Assembly: GCF_009914755.1 (NCBI RefSeq)
Contig: NC_060947.1
Reading direction: 5' to 3' (one strand)
DNA length: 64,000 bases
Source of the DNA: the human T2T-CHM13v2.0 reference genome, Homo sapiens
The translations under genes were made by a program, and so were the position numbers. Below, one piece after another: positions 42,791-61,000 of the stretch. Below the pieces are notes generated by a model. The model searched no databases. It saw only the letters and a list, made by a program, of their open reading frames with translations, and was not told the origin of the DNA. How positions within the stretch are numbered: position 1 is the first letter of the stretch; each line of letters starts with the position of its first letter.

Positions 42791-45055
42791 TAATTAGATT
42801 TGTAATTCCCGTTTCATTTGATGTTAAGTGCATCAATAATATAGATATTTAATTTGTCTTTATAGTCCCCACATCACTTGTACATATTTGGTCATCTAGA
42901 AATTTTGATGATTGGAATTCAATCTTATTGTGATCAACAACAGCAGGGTGCCAATGTAGAGTGTTTCTGAAATTTCATCACAGGTGTTGCAATGTTTTTG
43001 ATTAAAAATAATATTGATCTGCTTATTTTTAGAGAAAAAAGATCCCCAGTACAAAGACTAGGTTTTGTGTATGCAGAAAGCTAAAACTGAGTCAAAATAA
43101 TTGAGGAGCTATCATGTGTTAAGCATCACTGAATGCAATTATAAAATGCCTAAGACTGTCTCTATTCTCCTAATTTTAATCTCTTTTGTAAATTAAATGG
43201 CCTTGATGATTAACCACTGTATGCTCAGTGTCTAGAACAGTCCTTGGCACTAGTAGGTGCTCAGTATCTATTTGTCAAATTAATTAAATAAATATAATAA
43301 AACAATTTGACACATGATTTAAATAATAGTAGGAGTGATGTCACAAAGTAGTGAACAATTAATTGCCAAATGAACAGTATAGACAAGTGTGTGCCCTTCC
43401 ATTTTTTTGTTTTTTTGTCATCTGCATTTATATTTTTCTCTACATTACATCATAGTATTTTTTCAATATGTGTACTGATTTACTTGCTATTATATACTTA
43501 GCAGATGAATAAACAGGAAGGGCTTTTAAGCTGAAAGGTGTATAAAAATTAATATTTTATGATTTCTCATTTTACAAAGAAATAAATTAAGTCGTGGAGG
43601 GGTTTAATAATTTCCCAATGAGATGCAGGTAGATGGTGGTATCATATAAACTAGTCTATTAATATTCAAATAATAGATGAAATGGCTATGGGTCTATAAG
43701 GCATCCCTTTTATTTAAAAGTATTTCTTACATTACCAAAAAGATACTAGCTATTAAAGGTAAAATTGTATAATTCTATAGGCAGTTTCAATAAATAAACT
43801 ATAGCTGTAGAACATTTAGGCAATTACAGACCGATAGAATAGATGCAAGTTCAGTCCTGATCAGTTTTAGAGACAATACATACAGATTTCCTCCAGTACT
43901 TCCCTGATTCTAGTCTACTCTTTGTCTAGGGTTTGTTTTTCTCCCCCAAGGATTCTATAATCTTGCTCATTCTCACTGGGCTAAGCAATATCTGAATTAC
44001 ATTTTGTCACAGTCTGAATCTTTTCCGGAACTTAGACCTTTACTTTATCAAAGGTTCTTCTTGCTTTTCTTCCTCATGGATTTCTTCTGACCAAATAGTT
44101 ATCTTAGAAGTTTTGTTAAGAGTATGTATGCTAGAACCAGACTGACTGAATTCATAATCTCATTTAGCCATATGATTCTGGGTAAGAGTCTTAACCTCTC
44201 TGTTACTCAGTTTCTTCATCAGTGAAGTGATATTAATAGTTGTGAGAATTAAGTAAATTGATATTTGTTATAAAAGTATTCACTGCTATTATTTCAAGTA
44301 TTATTATTAACCCTAATCGCTTATTTATTAAGAGAAATACAAAAGTATTTGGGTAAAAAAAAATGTGTATTTAGAGATTGACAGGTAGTAACTTTATAGA
44401 TATCCAGGAGAGGGAATGATAGAAGTCTTTTTCTAATTCCATTTTATTTTCCCTTTTGTTCCCAATTGCACCCCCTTTGTTCCCAGTTGCACAAGTATAC
44501 ATTTCTGAGTTCTCATTAAACTACTTTAAATTGCAAGTGAAGTATAAACATTACTCCTCCTTTTGAAAGACTTAACCTATAAAGCACCTGAAATGGCGTT
44601 GTCTATGGAATAATCTCCATTGATTGGTATTGCAATAAACAATTTTTGCTTTTTAAAATCTTGAGATGCTAACACAAACATAGAAAGGAAAGCCACTTGA
44701 TATTTCTAAGAGGTAATTTAAAGATTCTTTAGCATTTGCCTAGCATATCCTGTATTAGATTATGAGTCATACAGAGAAATTCAAGTGTTCATCTACCATA
44801 TTCCTAGGATACTCTTGAAAATGTCAGACATTTCAACAAACTACATCAACAAGAATACAATTATTCAAGAAAATAATTACCTTTGGTATACTATAACATA
44901 CCTTCTTGTTGGCAAGCAATTCGTTGCAGTTGCTATTTGATCAGAATTTCCAGATGAATCTGTGGAATAGAGGGCTCTTCTGCCCTTCCCTCAGCTCAGC
45001 TACTTCCTGCTTTCTTGAAAAAAGTCTTTTTTATTCTGTATTCGCAATGCATTTA

Positions 45056-45415
<360 letters not shown>

Positions 45416-45659
45416 CTATGTAAACTATTAATGAACAAGAACTTATAGCCTGTGTCTCTGAAGACAGCCTAGGGAATATCAGGGAGGCAGCACAACATGC
45501 ATTTATGAGCACATTCTCTCTGGAATCTGATATATTTGGTTTTGAAGTCAAGCTTTGCCATTTGTTAGCTGGATAATCTAGGCAAATTACCTATTATCTC
45601 TGAACCTTAGCTTTCTCATTTGCAAAATGTGATAATTATAGTACCTACTCATAGGACTG

Positions 45660-46071
45660 TGCTATGGTCTGGATGTCTGCCCCTCATGTTGAAATTTGAT
45701 CCCAATGTTGGAGGTGGGGCCTACTGGGAGTCGTCTGGGTCATGAGGGCAAATCCCTCATGAATAGATTAATGCCCTTCCATAGGGGTGTGTGAGTTCTT
45801 GCTCTATTAGTTCCTGCAAAAGCCTGTTGTTAAAAAGAGCCAGGCACCTCCCCCACCCCTTGCTTCCTTTCTTGCCACTTCTGCACGTATCAGCTCCCAT
45901 TCACCTTCTGCCATGAATAGAAGCAGTCTATGGCCCTCACCAAGAGCAGATGCTGGTGCCATGCTCATGCTTCTTGTATAGTCTGCAGAATTGTGAGCCA
46001 AATAAACTTCTTTTAAATAAATTATACAGCATCAGGTATTCATTTACAGCAACACAAAAGGGACCAACACA
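45660..46071 (+). mobile_element. MST-type solo LTR
   Basis: tgctatgg...aacaca; 5-bp TSD gactg. Confidence 0.88.
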
Positions 46072-46135
46072 GACTGTTATAAAAATCAAATTGGATAATG
46101 CATGTTAAGTTATTTTTGGAGTGCCTGGCATATGG

Positions 46136-46501
46136 TGCTATGGTCTAAATGTTTGCGTTTCCCAAAAATTCATATATTGAAATCCTAACCCCCCAGCGTG
46201 ATATTATTAGAAGGTGAAGCCTTTGACAGATAGTTAGGTCATGGGAGTAGGGCCTTTATGGATGAGTCTTTATGCCCTTATAAAAGAGGCTCCATGGAGA
46301 CCCTTGTTCCTTCCACCATGTGAGGACACAGTGAGAAGGCATCCTCTATGAACGAGTAAATGTGCCCTGACCCGACAGGAAATCTGCCAGCACCTTGGTC
46401 ATAGACCTCTTAGCCTCCAGAACTGTGAGAGACAAATTTCTGTTGTTTACAAGCTACTTGGTTTATGGCATTTTTTATGGCAGCCCAAACAGGCTAAGAC
46501 A
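46136..46501 (+). mobile_element. MLT1A-like solo LTR
   Basis: tgctatggtctaaatg...ctaagaca; TSD (t/a)atgg. Confidence 0.88.
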
Positions 46502-46577
46502 AATGGTATTGCTTAATAATGACAGAAGTTAACTTATTCCTGTATGATAAGGTCATTGATTTTTTAAAAAAGTGTAG

Positions 46578-46914
<337 letters not shown>

Positions 46915-47399
46915 ATTTTCATTTAAATACTATTTAGCTACAGTAAGTTCCTTTAAGACTCACCCTTATTAGGAGCAACTAAAACATTCAGAAAAGGGGC
47001 CTGAAACTTACATTCCTACTTCTGCAGGATTTGTTCCTGAAATATGCTATCCTACACATAAACCAAGCTTCATCCCTGCTAGTCTGTTGTATGATGCTCA
47101 CATTGATCTTTGAAGCCTCCTACTAACTCTAACTCCTACAGTTTCTTTGATACTATCACGTTCTGCTTCTTTAGCAGCTGTTCCACATTGACTCCTGGAC
47201 CTCTGCTCGCCTCTTCTCTCCTTCAGGTTGCTCAGAATGATTACCCAGGATCTGACCTTGCTGGCTAGGCTTCAGGATCCTCTCTCATTAACTGCCTGCC
47301 ACAGTTTGTTATGGTACATTGAGCCAGGCACTCTTGAGACCTGCCCTTTTTCAAGTCTCTGGTCTCAGAGGATTCAACAACAGATAACTTATATAGCAG

Positions 47400-47783
47400 T
47401 GCTATGGTTTAAATGTTCCTGCCAAAACTCATGTATAAATTTAATTGCCATTGTAACAGTATTAAGAAGTGGAGTCTTTAAGAGGTGGTTAGGTCCTGAG
47501 GGCTCTGCCCTTAAGAGTGGATTAACACCAATATCTTAGGACTGGGTTAGTTATTGCAGACTTGGGCTCCTGATACAAGGATAAATTCAACCCCCATTTG
47601 CCTCTCTCTGTCTTACTTCCACCTTTCACCTTCCGCCATGAGATGACCCTCATCAAATGCCTGCAATATGCTCTTGGATATTTCAGCCTCCTGAACCATG
47701 AGCCAAATACAGTAAACTTCTGTTGTTTATAAATTACCCAGTCTCTGGTATTCCTTTTTAGCAATGAAAAATGGACTAAGACA
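47400..47783 (+). mobile_element. MST-type solo LTR
   Basis: tgctatggttt...aattacccagtctctggtattcc...ggactaagaca. Confidence 0.85.
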
Positions 47784-48163
47784 GGTGCAAAGTATACCAT
47801 CACCCATCAGCACTGTTTCTTACCACTCTGTTATTCATCTATTTTTCACACAAACCCCCTCTCTCCCATATGTAGTTTCTTTATTTACTGTCTATGAATG
47901 TCTGCTAGTTGTATAAAGAGAAAAATCATTCTGCAGCCATAAGCTTATGTATGATGGAAAGCTTAAATGTGTGCAATATGTGTGAATTAGTGTAAGTATA
48001 TATCAGCTGCATGGAAGAGGGGAAGCTACCTAGTCAGTAATATGGGCACTCATAGAAAGAAGGTGGAAATGAATGTTGTGTAAGCAACCAATTAATGTCC
48101 ATGGCAGTGAGTGAATATGGACGACTTATGAAACAAATCTCATTCATAATAGAAAACGAATAT

Positions 48164-48554
48164 ATAGTCATGTGCGACATAATGACATTTTGGTCAACTA
48201 CAGACTGCATATATGACAGTTTGCCTATACAATTATAATGGAGCTGAAAAATTCCTATTGCCTGGTGATGATGTAGCTATGATAATGTCATAACACAATG
48301 CATTGCCTTTTCTATGTTTAGGTATGTTTAGATTTTTACCATTATGTTATAGTTGCCTATAGTATTCAGTATAGTAATGTGATGTATAGGTTTATAATGT
48401 AAAGCAATAGGATGTATCACATAGCCTAGGTGTGTGGTAGGCTATACTATTCAGGTTTGTGTAAGTACACAGTATGATGTTCACAGAACGACAAAATCAC
48501 CTAACATCATCTTTCTCAGAAATTATTACTGTTGCTAAGTGATGCATGACTATA
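48164..48554. mobile_element. MER47-like (Tigger-family) non-autonomous DNA transposon
   Basis: Terminal inverted repeats tatagtcatg... / ...catgactata with TA flanks. Confidence 0.8.
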
Positions 48555-49142
48555 TTTTCATGTGAGTATATGACTATAAATGATGCGAGTTAAATATAAT
48601 GTGCTGTCTTGGGAGTGTACAGTGCTCAATTATGAGACATACAAATGCAGGATACAAGTTGTCAAACTGGTAAGTTTTCAATCTGCAGCTATAAAATTTC
48701 TTCCAAGTTTTATCCCAGTGGGCAGAATAGGAAAAGAGATGAATTCAAGTGTAGACCTTCAAAATTGTCCTGAAAAGAGGAAATATAACATAAACGTTGT
48801 GGTATAATCAGTAAAGATTACTCCCAATGAATATTACTGCCACGTAGGCAATGGGCATTCCATAAAACTCTTATTGAATTGATTCAGATTTTCTTTTTTT
48901 TTTTTGTTACTACTATTATTATTATTATTATTATTTTTAATTATACTTTAAGTTTTAGGGTACATGTGCACATTGTGCAGGTTAGTTACATATGTATACA
49001 TGTGCCATGCTGGTGCGCTGCACCCACTAACTCATCATCTAGCATTAGGTATATCTCCCAATGCTATCCCTCCCCCCTCCCCCCTCCCCACCACAGTCCC
49101 CAGAGTGTGATATTCCCCTTCCTGTGTCCATGTGATCTCATT

Positions 49143-52994
<3,852 letters not shown>

Positions 52995-53033
52995 TCATTA
53001 GTTGATGCAGTTTCTTCCTAGTCTCGATGGTCT

Positions 53034-54050
53034 TTACATTTTGGCATGATTTTGCAGCGGCTGGTACCGGTTGTTCCTTTCCATGTTTAGCGCTTCCTTC
53101 AGGAGCTCTTTTAGGGCAGGCCTGGTGGTGACAAAATCTCTCAGCATTTGCTTGTCTGTAAAGTATTTTATTTCTCCTTCACTTATGAAGCTTAGTTTGG
53201 CTGGATATGAAATTCTGGGTTGAAAATTCTTTTCTTTAAGAATGTTGAATATTGGCCCCCACTCTCTTCTGGCTTGTAGGGTTTCTGCTGAGAGATCCGC
53301 TGTTAGTCTGATGGGCTTCCCTTTGAGGGTAACCCGACCTTTCTCTCTGGCTGCCCTTAACATTTGTTCCTTCATTTCAACTTTGGTGAATCTGACAATT
53401 GTGTGTCTTGGAGTTGCTCTTCTCGAGGAGTATCTTTGTGGCGTTCTCTGTATTTCCTGAATCTGCACGTTGGCCTGCCTTGCTAGATTGGGGAAGTTCT
53501 CCTGGATAATATCCTGCAGAGTGTTTTCCAACTTGGTTCCATTCTCCCCATCACTTTCAGGTACACCAATCAGACGTAGATTTGGTCTTTTCACATAGTC
53601 CCGTATTTCTTGGAGGCTTTGCTCATTTCTTTTTATTCTTTTGTCTCTAAACTTCCCTTCTCGCCTCATTTCATTCATTTCATCTTCCATTGCTGATACC
53701 CTTTCTTCCAGTTGATCACATCGGCTCCTGAGGCTTCTGCATTCTTCACGTAGTTCTCGAGCCTTGGTTTTCAGCTCCATCAGCTCCTTTAAGCACTTCT
53801 CTGTATTGGTTATTCTAGTTATACATTCTTCTAAATTTTTTTCAAAGTTTTCAACTTCTTTGCCTTTGGTTTGAATGTCCTCCCGTAGCTCAGAGTAATT
53901 TGATCGTCTGAAGCCTTCCTCTCTCAGCTCGTCAAAATCATTCTCCATCCAGCTTTCTTCCGTTGCAGGTGAGGAACTGCGGTCCTTTGGAGGAGGAGAG
54001 GCGCTCTGCGTTTTAGAGTTTCCAGTTTTTCTGTTCTGTTTTTTCCCCAT
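53034..54050 (-). CDS. L1 ORF1: LINE-1 ORF1p, intact 338 aa
   Basis: MGKKQNRK...HAKM; REKG, ARR and YPAKLS motifs present. Confidence 0.95.
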   Translation of the reverse strand: MGKKQNRKTGNSKTQSASPPPKDRSSSPATEESWMENDFDELREEGFRRSNYSELREDIQTKGKEVENFEKNLEECITRITNTEKCLKELMELKTKARELREECRSLRSRCDQLEERVSAMEDEMNEMRREGKFRDKRIKRNEQSLQEIRDYVKRPNLRLIGVPESDGENGTKLENTLQDIIQENFPNLARQANVQIQEIQRTPQRYSSRRATPRHTIVRFTKVEMKEQMLRAAREKGRVTLKGKPIRLTADLSAETLQARREWGPIFNILKEKNFQPRISYPAKLSFISEGEIKYFTDKQMLRDFVTTRPALKELLKEALNMERNNRYQPLQNHAKM

Positions 54051-54958
54051 CTTTGTGGTTTTATCTACTTTTGGTCTTTAATGATGGTGATGTACAGATG
54101 GGTTTTTGGTGTGGATGTCCTTTCTGTTTGTTAGTTTTCCTTCTAACAGACAGGACCCTCAGCTGCAGGTCTGTTGGAATACCCTGCTGTGTGAGGTGTC
54201 AGTGTGCCCCTGCTGCGGGGTGCCTCCCAGTTAGGCTGCTCAGGGGTCAGGGGTCAGGGACCCACTTGAGGAGGCAGTCTGCCCGTTCTCAGATCTCCAG
54301 CTGCGTGCTGGGAGAACCACTGCTCTCTTCAAAGCTGTCAGACAGGGACATTTAAGTCTGCAGAGGTTACTGCTGTCTTTTTGTTTGTCTGTGCCCTGCC
54401 CCCAGAGGTGGAGCCTACAGAGGCAGGCAGGCCTCCTTGAGCTGTGGTGGGCTCCACCCAGTTTGAGCTTCCGGGCTGCTTTGTTTACCTAAGCAAGGCT
54501 GGGCAATGGCGGGCGCCCCTCCCCCAGCCTCGCTGCCGCCTTGCAGTTTGATCTCAGACTGCTGTGCTAGCAATCAGCGAGATTCCGTGGGTGTAGGACC
54601 CTCCGAGCCAGGTGTGGGATATAGTCTTGTGGTACGCCGTTTTTTAAGCCGGTCTGAAAAGCGCAATATTCGGGTGGGAGTGACCCGATTTTCCAGGTGC
54701 GTCCGTCACCCCTTTCTTTGACTCAGAATGGGAACTCCCTGACCCCTTGCGCTTCCCAGGTGAGGCAATGCCTCGTCCTGCTTCGGCTCACGCACGGTGC
54801 GCGCACCCACTGGCCTGCGCCCACTGTCTGGCACTCCCTAGTGAGATGAACCTGGTACCTCAGATGGAAATGCAGAAATCACGCGTCTTCTGCCTCGCTC
54901 ACGCTGGGAGCTGTAGACCGGAGCTGTTCCTATTCGGCCATCTTGTCTCCTCCCCCTC
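54051..54958 (-). promoter_or_regulatory. L1 5' UTR: sense and antisense promoters, YY1 site
   Basis: AAGATGGCCG YY1 core at about 54935-54944; CpG-rich. Confidence 0.88.
54506..54721 (+). CDS. ORF0: LINE-1 antisense ORF0, intact 71 aa
   Basis: MAGAPPPASLPPCSLISDCCASNQRDSVGVGPSEPG...HPFL; strong Kozak gcaATGG. Confidence 0.88.
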   Translation: MAGAPPPASLPPCSLISDCCASNQRDSVGVGPSEPGVGYSLVVRRFLSRSEKRNIRVGVTRFSRCVRHPFL

Positions 54959-54967
54959 CAGATTTTC

Positions 54968-55717
54968 TTTTTTCTTTTTTTTTATTATACTTTAAGTTTT
55001 AGGGTACATGTGCACAACGTGCAGGTTTGCTACATATGTATACATGTACCATGTTGGTGTGCTTCACCCATTGACTCGTCATTTAACATTAGGTATATCA
55101 CCTAATGCTATCCCTCCCCCTTGCCCCCACCCCACAACAGACCCCAGTGTGTGATGTTCCCCTTCCTGTGTCCATGTGTTCTCATTGTTCAATTCCCACC
55201 TATGAGTGAGAACATGCGGTGTTTGGTTTTTTGTCCTTGCGATAGTTTGCTGAGAATGATGGTTTCCAGCTTCATCCATGTCCCTGCAAAGGACATGAAC
55301 TCAAAAAATGCTCATCATCACTGGCCATCAGAGAAATGCAAATCAAAACCACAATGAGATACCATCTCACACCAGTTAGAATGGCGATCATTAAAAAGTC
55401 AGGAAACAACAGGTGCTGGAGAGGATGTGGAGAAATAGGAACACTTTTACACTGTTGGTGGGACTGGAAACTAGTTCAACCATTGTGGAAGTCAGTGTGG
55501 CGATTCCTCAGGGATCTAGAACTAGAAATCCCATTTGACCCAGCCATCCCATTACTGGGTATATACCCAAAGGATTATAAATCATGCTGCTTTAAAGACA
55601 CATGCACATGTATGTTTATTGTGGCACTATTCGCAATAGCAATGACTTGGAACCAACCCAAATGTCCAACAGTGATAGACTAGATTAAGAAAATGTGGCA
55701 CATATACACCATGGAAT
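54968..55717 (-). mobile_element. Older 5'-inverted L1PA (approximately PA4-PA5): 3' end 54968-55302 (-), inverted piece 55303-55717 (+)
   Basis: 18-bp TSD gaattgattcagattttc at 55714-55731 and 48876-48893. Confidence 0.92.
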
Positions 55718-56144
55718 TGATTCAGATTTTCAAACAGATAGGCCTGGAGTTTCACTTCACTAATAAGTGGAAAACACATATATGAATTGTCTCATTTTCT
55801 TTTCCTAACACCTCCAAAATTACTTATATTTTATCTAGTGTATCAATTATGCATCTACATTTGACTGGTAGTGGTAGAAACTGGGAAAAAAAGTGGCTCC
55901 AACAAATTGGGGGTTTGTTTTTTTCTCATGTAGAATTCCAGAGGTGAGTACTGCAGGACTGGTATGGCAACACCACCATCCTTAGGGTGTGGCTTTGTTG
56001 TCAGTTCTCAAGAAGGCTGTGGAAATACCAGCTAATATGTCAGCTGGGTCTTCCTACTCCCTTTTAAGGAGTTTCATCAAAAGTTCTAACCAATAACTTC
56101 TCCTTCATATCTTTGACAAGAAGTATAAAATATAGCCAAGCTAA

Positions 56145-56563
<419 letters not shown>

Positions 56564-56599
56564 TGGGTAGGCAACTTCTATTCTCTGCTCTAGTCTATC

Positions 56600-59440
56600 C
56601 TTCTGACTATGAAAATATTTATGCACATCTTTCTTCCCATGTATTGACCACCACACTTGCCCTCCACCGCACTTGCCCTCCTCCCAACAGAGGTAATAAT
56701 TTCATCTAATTACTGTATCCAGTAAAAAGAAAAAAAATCAGTATTTCTTCATCAGGTTTGGATGTGACAGAGAATATCACAATAAAACTCCTGTTCAGAA
56801 ATAGGGGGATGCAAAAGCCTGAGCCCTAACAATCATCAAGTCATTCTGAACTAGAACAGTGAAATTTGCTTTCATTGGCAGTAATTTCCTTGGTTAACCC
56901 ATCTGGCAGTCCTTGAAATATTCAGAATTTTCTGGGAGGATTTCCCTTGTCCACTGTCTTCTGTTTTCCTTGGTTCTGCTTTTGCATAGTTATTCCTCAT
57001 ACATTATCCTTCTGGATACATCTAAGCTAAGCTTTGGGAATGATGTCCTTTCTGGAAGCCACACAACTTTGGGCAGCTTGCTTCCTTTTGGTGCAGGTTC
57101 AAGACCCTGGAGATTGCTACGGAGTTTAACAGTCACAGACTGTTACAGGAAAGCTTGGGACTTTCTTAGGAATGTATTCCCTTAAAACTTAGTAGATTTC
57201 CAGCATATTTATTTCTAGTTAATTCATGTGCAGGTCATTATAGCCAAAGATCTTTTCTAGACTAGCGCTACTCAAAGTTACAAATTATGATAAGATTAGG
57301 TGCTTAGACCAGAATGTAAATCAACACACTGCTCCCGTCACTGAGAAAATCTTGATTTAAAAAATCATTTGACGTCACCAATCATAAGGGAAATGCAAAT
57401 TAAAACCACAATGAGATACCACCTCACACCAGTTAGGATGACTATTATCAAAAAGACAAGAAAAAACAAATGTTGGTGAGGGTGTGGAGAAAGGGAAACC
57501 TTGTTGGTGAGGATGTAAATTGATACAGCCACTATGGAAAACAGTATGGAGCTTCCTCAAAAAAATTAAAAATAAAACTACCATAAGGTCCAACAATCCC
57601 ACGTCTGGGTATATATCCAAACTAATTGAAATCAGGATCTTGAAGAGATATCTGTACTCTCATATTCATTGCAGCATTATTCACAATAGTCAAGATATGG
57701 AAACAACTTAAATTTCCACTAGTGAATGAAGGGATAAAGACATTGTGGTATATGTACAAAGTGAAATATCATTCAGCCTTAAAACTAAAATTCTGCCATT
57801 TGCCATAAAATATGGAGGACATTATGCTAAGCGAAATAAGACAAGAAGAGAAAGAAAAATACTGGATAATATTACTTATATCTAGAATCTTTAAAAAGTC
57901 ACATCCATAGAAACAATAAAATGGTGGTTACTAGGGAGGAAAGGAGGGAGATGAGGGTAGGAAATGGCAAGATGTAGGTCAAAGGGTGCAAAGTTGCAGA
58001 TATGTAGGATGAATAAGTCTAGAGATCTAACGTACAACATAAGGGCTATAGTTATTTTATTGTACACTGGAAATCTGCTAACAGAGTGGACTTTAGGTGC
58101 ATTTCCCACAAACAAAAGGGTAACTATGTGAGATAATGGATACGTTAATTTGCTTGACTATAGTAACCATTTCACTATGTATAAGTTTATCAAAACATTA
58201 TATTGTACACCTTAAATATATACAATACAAAAAGTCAGCTAAACTAAATGGTATGCATAGTGTCATAGTTGATTTACATTCTGGTTCAAGCTCTTTATTT
58301 CCTCACTGATCAGTACCAAAAATTCATGAACTTACAGCCAGTCAGTGAACGACACTTTAAGTATCACTGGTCTAGATAAACTTTCTAAGCCTGAGAATTT
58401 GGGGCTTTTAGCTGCTTATCTTTGCACTCCAGCCATTCTCCTCTTCTCCTTTAGCTTGATGGTTACCACCTTCAGGACATTTGACACAATAAGCTCTGTT
58501 GAGAACAAAGCACTATTAATTCGATCAGAGAATTTGTCCAGCAGAGCATCAATCTTATGGCTTCCCATTGGAGTACAAAGCCTTTAGCTTTTTCAACCCC
58601 TAAAGGCTACAAATTACAAGAATATCAGTAAACTTAAATTTCAGGCCAAAGGCTGAAAGCATCTTAGTACATTTATATTTTCTTCCATTTTTGCTGTCTG
58701 ACTTCATCACTTTCTTATAAAACTTTTCTAAAAGCCATAAAAAGGAGCCAGAATATGCCAACTTCTGAAATTTCCTACCATTTTTCTTAATGCTATAGCC
58801 TTGGTTGACACTTGGTTTACGGTCTAAGGAATAGCAGGCAAGAGCTTGACCATGGTCACAAGCTTTCCAGACTGAAATGCTTGCGTCTTTAAAATTAATT
58901 TCCCCATCTGTTCAATTCAGCCAATACTACATTTTAGATTCTGTTACTTGCAGCACCATTCTTCGGATACCAATTGCTGTCTATATAAGGATTCTTAGAC
59001 ATAGACCAAAAAAACCCATTCTACTTAGTTTAAAAATTATACTTAGCTTAGTTTAATAAGGGCTATTAGATAATTCTCAGAATCACTGGGAGACCTGAAG
59101 GAACACACTGTAGACTAAATTTCTAGGAAGAACACCCTAAACCTAACTGTATAACTGGCTTATTAAGGAAGCTGTTATTGAGACAGGCCCAAGAACTATG
59201 CTGTTTCTGCTATAATTCCAAGACAGCTGCCTCCATGGCTGATCCTAGAAGAATGAAATGCCTTTGTTATTTTCAAGTAGATACCATCTTCTTACATGTG
59301 GCTACTACCACACGTTGCTCACAATTTCCTTGCAGGTCTCACACCTGCAGATTATTAGCTCTAAGGATGAGAAATAAAGATTTTAGCAGGAAGTATATTG
59401 GGGTAGGTGTTGAATGAGCCAATCTACAGTATCTGCCATA
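56600..59440 (-). mobile_element. Old MaLR (MLT1-like) internal and LTR relics, interrupted by a DNA-transposon relic and an L1MA
   Basis: Degraded MLT-like motifs; boundaries approximate. Confidence 0.4.
57375..58233 (+). mobile_element. L1MA/MB 3' end
   Basis: aaatgcaaattaaaaccacaatgagatacc...gtaactatgtgag...tgtacaccttaaatatatacaat. Confidence 0.9.
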
Positions 59441-59808
59441 CCTAGTCTTTTCCTTCTGTTCTATCTAAGAGGAAGAAATGTTTCTATCCCTTTTAATGCC
59501 ACATCTTCTTGAACTTTCAGGACCTGAATCCACCAACTGTTGCTGAATCTATTTTCAATCTCTCCTTCACTGTGTGTTTTCCCTCAATCCAAAATCTTTC
59601 CCCACCTACACCTTCCTATCAAGGTTCTTGCATTCTCTTTCTTTTTCATTTCCTCAACATCAAATTTATAGAAAGGATAATCTGTATTAACTATTCAGCC
59701 CACAGCAATTTAGACAGACCTGTGTAGTCAAAATTTTCTTGAAAATTTGAATGAATAAAAAGCTTTTATTTTGCCTTAGTCTAAATGCAGAACAAAAATA
59801 GGAATTTA

Positions 59809-60127
59809 GGCCGGGCGCGGTGGCTCATGCCTGTAATCCCAACACTTTTGGAGGCCGACGCGGGTGGATCACGAGGTCAGGAATTCGAGACCAGCCTGGC
59901 CAAGATGGTGAAACTCCGTCTCTATCAAAAATACAAAAATTAGCCAGCCACGGTGGTGGGTGCCTGTATTCCCAGCTACTCAGGAGGCTGAGGCAGGAGA
60001 ATTGCTTGAACCCAGGAGGCGGATGTTGCAGTGAGCCGAGATTGCGTCACTGCACTCTAGCCTGGGCAACAGAGCAAGACTCCATCTCAAAAAAAAAAAA
60101 AAAAAAAAAAACAAAAAACAAAAAAAA
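59809..60127 (+). mobile_element. AluSg-like
   Basis: Full dimer with A-tail; TSD core ggaatt. Confidence 0.95.
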
Positions 60128-60516
60128 GGGGGGGGGGAATTCACCAACACTGTGTTAATAGCATAGACTTGATGTTTATATTTACCTAAGAACAAAGTAA
60201 GGTCCCTCATAAATTTTAAGCTTAAAGTTTACAAAGCATAATTGGAGCAATATACAAGGAATCATTTTTTTCTGCTTTGGCCCATGTTCTTTAAAAACAA
60301 AGTTTTTAGTGAACATATTTGGGTACACAAATTACATGACAGATTAAAGCATACTGATAAATTTGTAAGCATGTGGTCTTATCAAGTATCTTCTAACCTC
60401 ATATTTTCTGACCTTTAAACAAGGGTAATTTATTTATATAACACTGAAATATACAGGAAAACAACTTTAAATTCTAGACCACTTATTCCCACTCTTCCAA
60501 ACTAGCATATTTCACG

Positions 60517-61000
60517 TGACAAAGATTGTTTCCTTGACCAATCTATAGTCAGGCTCCTGAATCTTCTCCTTGGCCCATATGTGTACTTTCTTGTAAAATC
60601 CAGTTTTAGCAAAGAACCCTTCTAGGTCAGTTTAGCAAAACCCCCCTATCCTTGACATCTGATCACTCTCAATATCTGATATGGCTACTCATTATCCACT
60701 ATTCCCCAGGTGATGTCTTATCACCCTGGCCTGTCTTCAGCAAGAATCCTGTTAGGTCAGTTTAGCCAGAATTTCTCCTTCCTCTGTTATTTCCTGTCAG
60801 TAATTTTCCATTCACTTAAACCATCCTGCTTCTTGGCTATAAATTCCCACTTTTTAATACTATATTTGGAGTTGAGCCCAGTCTCTCTCTCCCCCTGCAA
60901 AATCCCATTTCAGTGGTTCCCTATCTATTGCAACAGTCACAAATGAAGTCTCCTCTACTCTGTTTTAACAAGTGTCATTGAATCATTTTTTTCTTTAATA
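60517..61000 (+). mobile_element. MER31-like solo LTR
   Basis: tgacaaagatt...cttgacca...tagtcaggctcctgaa; ctataaa; ends ttttctttaata. Confidence 0.7.

Larger units (their letters stand above)
45480..46525 (+). mobile_element. MIR split into three pieces by two MaLR LTRs
   Basis: MIR core 45480-45659, resumes 46072-46135 and after 46501. Confidence 0.75.

Noticed and set aside
44451-44492. Short tandem duplication (tttgttccca.ttgcac twice); similar ones at about 23693, 25797 and 56210
   Set aside because: Ordinary slippage duplications
54968-55717. 5' transduction carried by the full-length L1
   Set aside because: Separate inner and outer TSDs are better explained by two insertions
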